From: Octopus sinensis
Lineage: Eukaryota
Direction of reading: 5' to 3'
NCBI RefSeq assembly: GCF_006345805.1
Contig: NC_043002.1
Location: 85,870,001 to 85,934,000, forward strand
Length of the DNA stretch: 64,000 nucleotides
In this document: one piece after another, positions 51,530 through 63,812 of the stretch
Layout of the letters: each line of letters starts with the position of its first letter
How positions within the stretch are numbered: position 1 is the first letter of the stretch
Program-made: the position numbers and the translations under genes
The notes under the pieces: model-generated
What the model was told of the DNA's origin: nothing
The model's database searches: none
Seen by the model: the letters and a program-made list of their open reading frames with translations, nothing else

Positions 51530-53085
51530 ATATTAATTCTACTATAGGCACAAGACCTGAAACTTTAGCAGGAGTGGCCAAGTCAATTACATTTATACTT
51601 GTGGTACTTATTTTATTGACCATGGAAGGATGAAAGCAAAGTTGACTGGCAGAATTTGAACTCAGAACATAAAGAGCTGGTAGAAGCTCACCACTCAATA
51701 ATAATAATTGTTTCTGATTTAGGCACAAGACCAGTAAGTTTTAAAAAGTGGGAGTTAGCTGATACCCTCAACCCCAGTACTTCATCAGTACTTAACTCTG
51801 GAGAGAAGAAAGAAAGTTGACCCTGGTAGGATTTGATCTCAGAACATAAAGAATTGTAACTGAAATTTGAAAGGCACTTTGATTGATTTTGCCCATTCAT
51901 AACACTTTTAGGGGAAGGAGAAGGATTTGAACTCAGAACGTAAAGAGCCAGGGCAAATGATGCAACACACCCAATCCAACATTCTTACTGTTCCACCAAT
52001 CAACTAACCTGGATTGATATTTTTTTTAATCAATCTTGAAAGGATGAACTGAAGGGTGACTCAGCAGGATTTGAACTTAGACCATAGTGAGTGAGAACAA
52101 ATACCACAAGGAACATTCTCCAACACAAACAATACTGCCAATTCACCAATAATAATAATAATCCTTTCTACTACAGGCATAATGCCTGAAATTTTGTGGG
52201 AGAGAGATAGTTGATTACATAGACCCCTGTGCATAACAGATACTTAGTTTATCAACCCTAAAAGGATGAAAGGTGAAGTAGACATTGGCAGAATTCTGAG
52301 TTCAAATTCTAAGTTTGGCTTCACCTTTCATCCTTTTGAGATAAAGGAACTAAGCACCAGTTGAGCACTGAGTAAATATAATCTACTTGTTCTCTCCCTC
52401 AAAATTTTAGGTCTTATGCTTTTAGTAGAAAAATAATAATACTGTGACAACTTCCTCTCTGTTTTCAAAGTAGGGTCTTTCTTTAGTACAAGGCCTGAAA
52501 TTTTGGGGGAGGGTTACATTGACTACATTGACCTCAATACTCAACAGTTAATTTATCAACCGCAAAAGGATGGAAGGTAAAGTCGACCTCAATGGAATTT
52601 GAACTCAAATCATAAAGATGGACAAAATGCTGCTGAGCATTTTTCTCAGCATGCTAACAATTCTGCCAGCTCAACAGCTCCGGTAACAAAGGCAGTAATT
52701 TTAGCAGGAGAGGGTTAATCGATTTCATCGACCCACTTGACTGATACATTTTTTATCGACCCTGAAAGAAAGAAAGCATGACTTGAATTCAGAACATAAA
52801 AAAAAAACACAAGAAATGCTGCTTTGCATTTTTTCCCAATGCTCTAATAATTCTGCCAATCTAATGATTTAAAATAATAATTTTTTTTTTATTTAAGCAC
52901 AAAAGCCAACAATTTTGAAATGGGGGGAGTAGTTGATACCATCAGCCCCAGTGGTGCTTTATTTTTATCAAATCTGGAGGGATAAATGGAAAAGTTGACC
53001 ACAGTGGGATTTGAACTCAGAATGTAAAAAGCCAGAGTGAATGCCATAGAGCATTTTTACTAAACCTCTAATAATGTGCCAACCT
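51530..53085. mobile_element. Cluster of ~9 copies of one SINE family, mostly minus strand with one inverted
   Basis: Repeated ggatgaaag..aaagttgac..gaatttgaactcagaac cores near 51630, 51830, 51935, 52045, 52265, 52570, 52770 and 52985, plus a plus-strand copy at ~52295-52430. Confidence 0.85.
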
Positions 53086-54360
53086 GCCAGAGATAGATCA
53101 AAGACAAAGCCAATCTTTGAATGAGATGCAATCAACTAGATTAAACAGTTAATAAAGTTACCTAGTTTAGAGCTTAGGTCCTTATAAAACTATGATGCTC
53201 ACCTCACTTGAAACCATGAATTTATAGGGTAACAAAAAGAAAACTAATATATACATATATTCCCCCACCTATTATGATTAGCAGTGTAAGTGAAGAAACT
53301 CAGTCTCAGATACAAAGAGGATTCTGCAGCAACAGTGTACATCAAATTATATGGTATCATAATCCGCAATACACCTGAATCTCAAAAACTATAATTAAGT
53401 TTCCAATAAACTAAAGTGCATTATGGAAATATCATCATAAAACAAATAACAGCCGTGGTCCCAGTTAAGACTTACAAGAAAACAAAGTTCATGTGCTATG
53501 ATAATAGGTGGTTTCTAACATTTAATGATAGACCCTTCTTAAAAACAAACTTTTTCTTTCAAGTGTCCTTGACAATTCAGGGCTTACATATCCCCATGAC
53601 AAGGTTAAGTCATTTGCAAATTTTATAAAGAATAGAAAGATTGAGGGAGCCAACTGTATGAAGCTTAAGTTCTAAAGGGTGAGAAAAATAAAAAGAGAGA
53701 AAAAGAGAGATGAGGAAGTAAAAGTATGAAAAAAGAAAATCTAGACAAAATAGACTAAAGCAAGAAATAGGACAGAAAGAGGAAAAGGAGAAAATGAAAG
53801 AAGTTATTTATTGAAGAGCAAAGATGTGTGACATTTGAGTTATTATGGAAGGTCATTATATCCGTATGAGAACCTTTGCTATATTTCACAAAATCACTAC
53901 CATCAAGAACTACAAACCACAAAAGCACTGAAGCTTACATATGCATTTGTGGAAGGCTTGTGTGAGATACACACCATGTACAAGTTAATTAAAAACTATT
54001 TGATCAAGTTCACAATCACAAAAGAAAAAAGAAATTAACATACTAATGATTTTACACTAAATCAATCTCTACAAATTAAAGTGGTTAATGAATTATATAT
54101 TAAATGGTTTCACTTTATATTTGACAAAACACTGATGTCCAATGTCTCTAGCTATATGTGAAAGGTACATTTATAATTTATCTTATACTGAACTTAAAAT
54201 AGAAAAACAAAAAATCTGATATCTCACATAAGTGTGTGTGTGTCTTTATGAATAAACATCCTACAGTTATGCAATGGTTTCACTGCAAATAAATTTTCAA
54301 GTACCTTTAGGAAAATACATTGATCTTGAAGCAATTGTACAAGTACTAAGTATTTATATA

Positions 54361-56350
54361 ATATACCCTCCAGCCTTCATCAGGTGTCTTGGGTTCTCAT
54401 TCCTAAGGTATTTTTTGATGTTGTTGTTGTTATTATTATTATTTGGGTCGCTGCTTGGAATTGAACCCGGAATCTTGGGGTTAGTAGCCCGTGCTCTTAA
54501 CCATTACACCATAGTGAATTATGGAGTGAATTTTAGGGCTTATAAATCTAATATTCTCCTATCCTTCCTTAATACCGGTTCCCATATTCTGTTCATATTT
54601 GCACATGGTCTGCTTAGGAGATTGTTGTGTCCTAGCATATGTGCTGCTTCTTTTAATTTTCGTATTTTCCAGTGGTGTTCTCTGTCTATTATTTTAACTT
54701 CATCCCATAGAGGGAGGTCGTCTCCATTTTTCCATACATGATCAGCTATATCCGATTTATCAATATCTCCCTGTGTCACAGCTTTGCGATGTTCCTCAAC
54801 CCTTATTTTTTTTTGGGGGGGGGGGCATGTTTCGCCTTTATATTACCTACCACAGCTGCATGGGATGGATTACATGCAGTTCTTGGTCATATTCTCTTCT
54901 ATTGGTGGTTTTACTTGAATGAGATATTTGTGAAGTGTTGTATTACTTTTGAATACTGTCCTGATGCCATATGAGCTGCATATCTTTTGTATCTTTTCAG
55001 AGAGGCCTTTCACATAGGGTAGACAGACTGGACAGTTTATCGGTTTCATCCTCTCTTTTCTTTATAATTGGAGGGGAGAGTATGCTTTTGGGGTAGTTGT
55101 TGCTTAATAGATTGTTACTGAGTATGATCATTTCTTCGTAGTGGGTATCACGATCGCTACTTATATTCATTGCTTGACGTTTTAGGCACTGCTCTCTTTA
55201 CACTGTATGGATGGTAGGAGTTGAAGTTGAGGTATCATCCAGTGAAGGTCAGCTTGCAGTATACAGATGTTCTGAATCGGTGCATGTTATTAATACGTTC
55301 AGGAATGCTAGCTGATTGTCTTTTTCTTTTTCCATTGTGAACTGTACGGATGGCTTTATTGAGTTCACATAATCTAACAGTACTTGGACATCTCCCTGGT
55401 GGGGCCAGAGTATGAAGGTGTCATCAACATATCGCAGCCATAGGGTTGGTTTTAGTGGTTTTGATCCTAAAGCCAAATTCTCAAAGTATTCCATGTATAT
55501 ATTGGCTATTATCAGTGATAATGGCGAACCCATAACTAAACTCTCTTCTTGTCGATATATATCAGTGTCCATACTGAAGTAAGTTGTTTCTACACAGAAG
55601 GTCAACATTTCCGTCAAATTTTTATTGGTATACTTGTGCGTTCTTTTAGATGGGGTCTGTCACTAGTTGTTCTTGAATCACCGATAGTGCTTCACCAGTT
55701 GGGACTTCGGTGAACAGACTTATCACATCTGGACGCATCATCTGGTTGGATTCAATGGGGGTATCCTTGATCAATTCTGTGAAGTGTGTGGAATTCTTCA
55801 CGTACATTGTTGACTTTCCTGCTAATGGACTGATTTTATCCACAAGGAAGCGGCTCAGTGGATGACATGCTGAACCTCTACAGCTCACTATAGGTCTTAA
55901 TGGAATACCATCCTTGTGAATCTTAGGAAGACCATACATGTGTGGTAGTTTACTGTAGTGTTGAGTTGTCTGTACTTCATTGGTGTAAAGTGATCCTTGT
56001 TCTTGATCAAGATCTGTGACAACTTCCTCTCTGTTTTCAAAGTAGGGTCTTTCTTTACTTTGCTGTAGCTACCATCACTTATAAGACTTGCCAGTTTTTC
56101 CGTGTAGTCAGACTTGTTCATCACCACTGTAGCATTTCCCTTGTCTGCTGGAAGTATTATGATGGAATTGTAACTCTGTAATAATAATAACAACATTGAA
56201 AAATACCTTAGGAATGAGAACCCAGGTTCAAAATTTTCCCAAGACACCTGATGAAGGCTGGAGGGTATATCAGCTGAAACATTGTGTTAACAACAAACAA
56301 GATGAGGACAAATATCCATCATATGTAAATAGCGTAAATAAAGTGATTTA
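54361..56350 (-). mobile_element. 5'-truncated Penelope-like element (RT + GIY-YIG), frameshifted, with a 3' pseudo-LTR and an inverted 5' pseudo-LTR
   Basis: ORFs read IILPADKGNATVVMNK, MYGLPKIHKDGIPLRPIVS, MGSPLS, WLRYVDDTF, FTMEKE and the GIY-YIG C-terminus KSDIADHVW..RKLKEAAHM. 54361-54442 matches the reverse complement of 56180-56270. Confidence 0.93.
56243..56288 (+). ncRNA. Minimal type I hammerhead-ribozyme-like motif in the Penelope pseudo-LTR (probably mutated)
   Basis: gacac-CTGATGA-a-ggctg(gagggtatat)cagct-GAAA-c-att-gtgtt. Stem I is gacac/gtgtt and stem II is ggctg/cagct. Hammerheads are established features of PLE terminal repeats. Confidence 0.6.
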
Positions 56351-57494
56351 TCTGTTATTAAGAGTGAAAAATATCACATCCAGTTTGTGACTGCTGTTAA
56401 AAAACATGAGATGAAGTTGAGAGGCAAACTGAACAAGGGTTGCATTTGTGTGCGTGTGTATTATTAATTAACATTCATATTCCATTGGTTTGGCAATTCA
56501 ACAAGATCCACCAAGCCAGAGGACTGTGTTGAACTCCAATATCTGATTTGGTATGATTTTACAGCTGGATGCCCTTCTTAACATCAACTATTTTACAGAG
56601 TATATAAATGTTTTTTTTTTTTGTAGTACCAGCACTAGAGAGGTTACCAGGTAACTCACAAGCCAAGAATCCCCTGATGGGGAGGAGGGGTGGAATGCAG
56701 TACCAAGAAAGGTGGCTTTTCACCAGGTATTGGATAAGACAAGAACAGGTGTCTTGCTGCAGAGGTAATATATGGCTACCACAGTAAGAAAGAGATCATG
56801 GTGATGAGGGATCAGGAGAGACCCTCAGTGTACAAGGTGGCTAAAGAGAAAATAAGCACAGTGAATCAAGGACTTGGTGGGTAGGTTTGCAAGAGTGTGA
56901 AAAGAGAGTGATAAATAGTAGAGAAGAGGATTAAAATAAATGCAGTGAATGAACATGAGTGGTGGTGTGGACAATGGTGAATCTCAGTTTTGGAGAATGT
57001 AAGGAAAATAAATGTGGGTCAAGGAGGAGGTTGTAAGTGATAATACATAAAAGGGAAGGGTGGAGAGCAACAGTATGATAAAACCATAAGCTGATGAGAA
57101 ATAGAAATATATGACATGTGGTAGGAGACAGAAAATGCACAGTAAAAAGAGATAGAGACTAGGGGTACATGGGAGTGGATATAGTGACAAAGGTGGGGAG
57201 ATCGATGACAGGTAATGAGAAAAGGGTATTCAGGCATAATGTTGGGAGTGCATGATGGGTGACAAGGGAAGTAGTTCCAAGGAGAGGTATAACTGGAAAC
57301 ACATAAGGGAGAAGGAACAAGTGCAGTTCTGTGTTCATATAATTACAGTAGCTGGGGAAATAGTGTCATTATTAGAGGGGTGAAAAAAGGATGGGTGCTA
57401 CGAAGATAAGTTGTGGGCAAGATTACAGATTGGGTGTGGGGACAGACATTGACAAAATGCTTTTAGACCTCAATTTTGCTGAGATAAACAGGTC

Positions 57495-57665
57495 TTCTTG
57501 ATCATGACAAATCGCCAATCCTTTCAGCTCTTTATCATTTCCGCCACGAGACCTAATCTAAAGTTGGTCTTTACTTCATCCCATCTCTTCCTGGGTTTCC
57601 AATTTCTATGAATTCCGTCCACATATTGTGATTGACACTTCTTTATGTAACTGTACCATGCTGGT
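57495..57665 (-). mobile_element. Decayed RTE LINE 3' end
   Basis: Remnant KKCQSQYVDG..KPRKRWDEVK..EMIK..DWRFVMIKKT. Confidence 0.55.
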
Positions 57666-59549
57666 AAAGTAATCACCAGGTGGATAGTGAATTTTATATT
57701 AATAACTATACTCTACACTTCTTTTTCCTTGAAATGACAATATTATAGAATAATATTTTATATACAATATGCATAGATAAAGTGGATGCATATATTCCCT
57801 TTAAAAGATTCAACAAGGGATTTTCTGACTTACTAGAAATAGCAACTACATTTTTCTCATATCACACACTGTTATCCTTTGAAAAAGGGTCAGAATGGAC
57901 AATGTAATCTGGAGTACACAAAGTCAAAAGAGAAAAAAATGGAGTGTATTGTTACAGCTGCAGTACTTTTGAGCAAATGACTGGTCAGCCAGAGTTAGCC
58001 TGGGATTAAACAACAGAAGCAACAATAGATTATAGCCATGGAAAAAACATCTTTCAACAACTGATACCATCGATAAAAGTTATTAAAAGGAACTTGTAAA
58101 TAATGACAGTGTTAAAACTCTGGTGGGCTTGCTAAACAAAATGAACTATTTTGATAAAACTCTTCAGATTAAGAGTAAGCTTATCAGTAAATTTTCATCC
58201 AAGAAGTTTCAGGACTGATAACTTCAATTGCACAGATTAAATACACTCACCCTACAATTCATTAGTAGGCCTATAGGTTTGCATTAGCATGTGTACTTTA
58301 AAAAAATTTAACATTGGCAATCTGATAAATTAGCCTGTAAAAATGAGGTTACCGTATACTTTTCATTTGAATAATACAAAATAGGACAGTATTTTTTCTT
58401 TTTAGGAATAAACACAGCATACTTTAAATATATAAGCAAAAATACATGTGCAAAAAGGAATGTATATATAGAAATGTTAAGCCTGCATATGTAAGGTTTT
58501 GCAGTATTTCATGATTTGGGAATTGTTTTAAAGGTTGGATGCCCTTCCTATTACCAAACACTTTACAGTATGGTCTGACTGCATTTTATCATGGCCACCA
58601 GCACAAGAGAAATTTTTTGCCAAGACTCAAGTGTTCCCTCCACACTATATCAGGTTGTATTTAAAGTTACTACTCTCCAAAACAGGTTGCCTTCACTGCT
58701 GCTTGCAGAATCCACATCTTCCTTACATAAGCTTTTAATCTCAGCCTACAATACTGAAAATACAATTATTTAATACTGTAACATCTGGGAGAGGAATGAG
58801 TGGGAGGAGGTTGAATACAATAAGAGGGGATGGGGAAAGTGTGTCACATGAGATGGGGCTGAAGGAGATATAGGAGAGTTAGATAAGAGAGAAGATGTAA
58901 AAAGAACAGTTGTTTAAAGTACTAATAAAAGAAATGTTACAATCTATGTTTGAGGACTAATGTAAGATTGTTTACTGATCAGATCTTTAACTCAGTTTCA
59001 GGTGTAGATTTTACAATATATTTGAAAAACAACAGAAAACAAGTGTGAACCAGTGAGAATCAATATTTAGTTTAATGATGATAAATATTTTTGGAATCCA
59101 TATACAAATTGGTGCAATGCAGCTTTAACACTAAATAACTGCAATAAAGTGGATTCTAAGTTAGATATAAAAAAAGATATTTATTAAAAAGTTACATAAA
59201 ACAGCATTATAGTTGTGAAGTACAAGATAACTAGTATTTCAATTAGGTCATCAGTTTAAGTATTCAATGAATATAAAATAAACTTACTTATGAAATTCAA
59301 AGTAATGTAGAGTATTTAAATCACTGAGAATAAGCAGATAATTAACTGGCTTTAGGTTTCTAGCCTAAATTCTGTTACTGTTATTTCAGAGAGCAGTCTG
59401 TTGCCAAAGCACAAAATATCTGTAAAATGTCACTGTCATTTTTTTTACATATCATTTTATATCTGCTCTCCATGGGTAAGACAGGCTGCCATGTTACAAG
59501 TCAATTTTTTTATTTTGAGTTACTGTCATGCAAGATATGTTGAACAAAT

Positions 59550-59720
59550 GATTGGCTATTCTCCAGCACTACATAACACCAGTCAACACAGTACTTTGTC
59601 ATCTTCATGATGGGGTTCAACATCTTGAGATTAGTCTTCACCACTTTGCCATAAGTTCTGGATCCTCTCTTCCACAGGTTCCACATGTTTGGACCAAATT
59701 TGTTTTGCTATTAGAATCAT
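59550..59720 (-). mobile_element. Decayed RTE LINE 3' end
   Basis: Remnant GTCGRG..RTYGKVVKTNLKML..MTKYCVDWCYVVLENS across a frameshift. Confidence 0.5.
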
Positions 59721-60109
59721 CATTTTTTAGGAGTACAAATCATTTCAATCAGAAGTGGTTACCCAGTTATTCTTTTCTCTTTATTCAAAGACACACAAAT
59801 ATGAGAGAACACTGAAACCTGCTGATGGCCTCTTTAATTTCAAGACTGATTCGTCATAAAGTAACATTGGCAGAATTTTAACAGCATCAATCTTACTTAT
59901 TTTTGAAGGAACTGCAAAGGTCATGGGCATAGTTACTTCATCCATACTAAGCCAATAGGTACTTTTAATTAAAGGGGAAAAAAAGCTCTACACCACAAAA
60001 TCTAGCATTCCTGTTGAGTATAAAGTTAATTTTTGTTTAAATTAGAAGTGAACTTGAAACTAACTTGATTCTAAAATTTACACACATATCTTTTTTTTTT
60101 GTTCCTTCT

Positions 60110-60365
60110 CAAGCCATGCCAGGCTCATAGGGCCAGTTTCCCACCTGGATAGGACGCCGGTCCGTCGCAGGTGAGCAGCAAGATGCAGGAGGAAAGAGTG
60201 AGAGAAAGTTGTGGCGAAAGAGTCAGCAGAAGTTCACCATTACCTTCTGCCAGAGCCGCGTGGAGCTTAGGTGTTTCACTCATAAACATTACCCGGTCTG
60301 AGATTTGAATCCGCAATTCCTCGACAGTGAGTCCGCTGCTCTAACCACTAGGCCATGTGCCTCCA
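60110..60365 (-). mobile_element. tRNA-derived SINE (same family as 3525-3830)
   Basis: The reverse complement has ggaggcacatggcctagtggttagagcagcggactc..gcggattcaaatctc and cgacggaccggcgtcctatccagg. Confidence 0.75.
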
Positions 60366-61789
60366 CACACACCTATCTAATATTAATAAAAATCTCATTT
60401 CTGGATTTTAATGGAGGATCTGAGGAAATAGTTTAAGAGAACAGTCACTCTAAATAAAATTTTTAAATTGATAGCAAGTAGAAGAAACTCTGTAGCCCTA
60501 ATATAGAGACAACCTTTATAACATCAGTTATCATGATAAAAGGATCCTAATCTATGCTGTGAAGTGATTGGTAATAAGTAGGGTATACTACACTACTATG
60601 GAAAAAAAAAGCTAATCAGAAAAATTAACTGATTGGCAGTTCTCTGGTTTACTGTGATTATAAAAGACAAAGAACCACAAATGAAGAGACACTGAGAATT
60701 CATTCAATCTAAGTTAGCATGGATAAATGGGTATTAAATGATGAATGGATTAATGATAATGCAACATCCACACAAATGAAATAAGTGTGTGTGTGTGTTT
60801 CACAAAAAACAAAAGAAACACGAACATATGTATAGCAAGATCATTTAATCCAGATGTTGTTTAGTAAGTATTCATGGAGCTCAAAGGACAGAAAATGTTG
60901 ACGGATACAACACATAGCTGTACTCCCTATAGATGTATACATAGTTTATGCATGTGTGAATGTCAGGGAACTTTTGTATGTCACTTTTCTTTATCACACT
61001 CCTTTCTCAGTTATCAGATTTTACAAACCACCATTAATGTAACTTAGCTTTTTACATTTCTGAAACAAAATCATATTTACTCCTTTCGTTTGAGAGCAAT
61101 TCCAATCTATTTTTAGAACAGCCATTACCCTCAAACAAACAACTTGTTGCCAACAAATGGTGTCAATGTCTTAAGACATTAACTTCCACTGAGATTTAAT
61201 TGTATTAGTATTTTATATAATTTCCATCATCATCATCATTATTACCACTACTACTACTGCTGCTTAAATAGCCTTGAATTTCTCAAGTTACAATACTTGA
61301 AAAATTCAATGACTTTATATTGGAAGCTGAACGTGATAAAGATCATGGACACATTTCTTTGAAAATAGTTTACATAAGTGCCAAAGCATGGTCACGGTTC
61401 AATGGCCAAAACAAGTCAAAGAAAAATATAATGGTTAACTCATTTTTAAACTAAAAGCTCTATTTTTGTTCTAAAACCTGAAAGAAATTAACAAATGTTA
61501 ATGCTAGTAATGCAATATGTGTGTATCTGAAGACCCAGTCTTCAGTTGCATGTCAAAACTAACAGAATATAGTGAAGAATACAAAATGTCCTCAGACTGA
61601 GGAACATTGGTTGAACATTTCAGACATTATTTCAAAGAGCAGTGATTTCAACTAAACAAGCTTATCTTCACTAAAATACATTTCTTAACCCTTTTAATAC
61701 CATATCGCTGTCAAAATACACCACTTCTGTTTCAATTAATTTTGAAGATAATGAAGTCCATAAAATAACCGTCATTACTAATCTAGTGT

Positions 61790-62235
61790 TTAAGATGGCA
61801 ACCAAGCAGGACTGTCAGCACGCTGCACCAAATGCTTAGCAGCATTTTGTTCATCTTCATCTTCTGAGTTCAAATTCCACCAAGGTAAACTTTACCTTTC
61901 TTCTTTTCAGGGTCAATATAATAAGCACCAGTTGAGCATTGGGGTCAATATAATTGACTTTCCCCTTGAAATTGCTGGCCTTGTGCCAAAATTTGAAATT
62001 ATCATTAAGCTGGTGGGTGGCAAGCTGACAATCATTAGTATGCTGGGCAAAATGCTTAAAACCATTTTGTCTGTCTTTACATTCTGAATTCAAATTGCAC
62101 CAAGGTCGACTTTGCATTTCATTCATTCAAAGTTGACAAAATAATAGCCAGTCAAGTATTGGGGTCAATGTAATCAACTTCTCAAACCCCTTGAAATCTC
62201 TTGGCCCTTTGCCAAAATTTGAAACCATTATTAAG
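61790..62235 (+). mobile_element. Two tandem SINE copies (1812-type family)
   Basis: Two successive ctga(g/a)ttcaaatt..caccaaggt..actt..ggggtcaat..ccttgaaat..ccaaaatttgaaa units. Confidence 0.75.
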
Positions 62236-63051
62236 CTGGTGTGTGATGGAAGATTTAAATTTGTGTCACTTTAAACAAGAAGTGTTTATCATAGGAACCA
62301 GGGGCAGTTTCAAGCAGGTTGGTATCAAAATGGTTAAAAAAAAAAATTAACACATCTTCGAATGTGTCTTTCTTAAGAAATGGCACATTTAATTAGCATT
62401 AAAGCATGGATAATTAAAAAATAAAATGTATAAATAATATTGTTGTTATATTATCATCATTACTGTAAAACTATAAAAACTTTACAAAAATTACTAATGA
62501 TTAACTGAAAAATAATATTTTAAATATTTCATTGGACACATTTTACAAAATTACATTTTTGAGGAAAACAAGAGCCATGTGAATGATAAGCATGTGACTA
62601 GTTCAACAAACTCAACCTACTTTAGAGATGATCTCTAAGAAACATAATTATTGAAGGTTACATTCAATTAGAAAATACTTTTAGTTTCAGTAAAAACACC
62701 TATCACAATAATTAATTCTAACGTTGGCATGGGGGTCACAAATTTAGTGGAGATGGATTAATCAAATCAATGCCCTGTACTTGACAAGTATTTTTAACCC
62801 TAGAAGGATGACAGTCTAAGTTGCTTTCAGCAGGATTTGAACTCAAAATATAAACAGCCATAACTGAATATAGCAAGGTTTTTTGTCCAATGTAATAATG
62901 ATTTTGTCACGACACCACTCCAAGGATCATTATGTATGCTACTGTGGAGGCTGGGATGGCTTTGATCAGTTATTTTTGACTAGGTCTATCCTGATCAAAC
63001 CTATGATTAAAGGCATCCCAACCTTTAACACTTTTGTTTTTAATAGTGAGT

Positions 63052-63200
63052 TAACCCTTTAGCATTTAAACTGGCTACATCCAGCCAAAATATTCCACCT
63101 GTATAAAACTGGATAGATTTGGCTTCTCACACCAACCTTACAATATCATTCTAAAAATGAAGTTATCTCAACAAAATTCCAAAAGCTACAAAATGTTGCA
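63052..63200 (+). mobile_element. Left part of the MITE-like element (12143-type), interrupted at ~63200
   Basis: ttaaccctttagcatttaaactggctacatccagccaaaatattccacctgt. Confidence 0.65.
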
Positions 63201-63812
63201 TGTGTGTGTGTCTCTCTCTCTCTTTCCATTACCACTCGCCTCGCCAAGACCACCACCACCCTATATAAACTAGCGCATGCATTCGAACTCCCCTACTCGA
63301 TTTCAATAAATCAGCCGAAAAATAGGAATCTCAGAAGATGCTCAAATAAGAAGTCTTGTCTTTTCAACCTCGTTCATCTACTCTTCTATTTCTAAGCAGA
63401 TCATAAACCCCTTATTAGTTCTTTTCATTATTCTGTCTATTTCAGTACCATGTCATCATGTAAATATAGTTTTAATAGTTTCGCCTTCCTTATTGCCTTA
63501 TGATAACCTTAGTTCAAGCATTTCCTTAACTGCAACATATTCATTCATTCATCTATTAAAGTTTATCACACAGTCACTCTTCCCTAATTTTGTCTTAGAT
63601 TGGCTCTCAGATTCTTCGATTCTATTTTACTATTATCAACATTTGCTGTCTCGTTAAATTAATTATGCCACACAAATCCCAAAAGTATATTTACTCCCTC
63701 GTGTTCAGACCACCAGTACCCCCTCACTCTCTGTCTGTCTCTCTCTCTCTTTCGATTACCACTCGCCTCGCCAAGACTTCCTCCTCCTCCACCTCCCTAT
63801 ATAAACTAGCGC

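Noticed and set aside
56931-57237. Three overlapping minus-strand ORFs
   Set aside because: They are the antisense of a purine-rich repeat-derived tract, with no recognisable domain.
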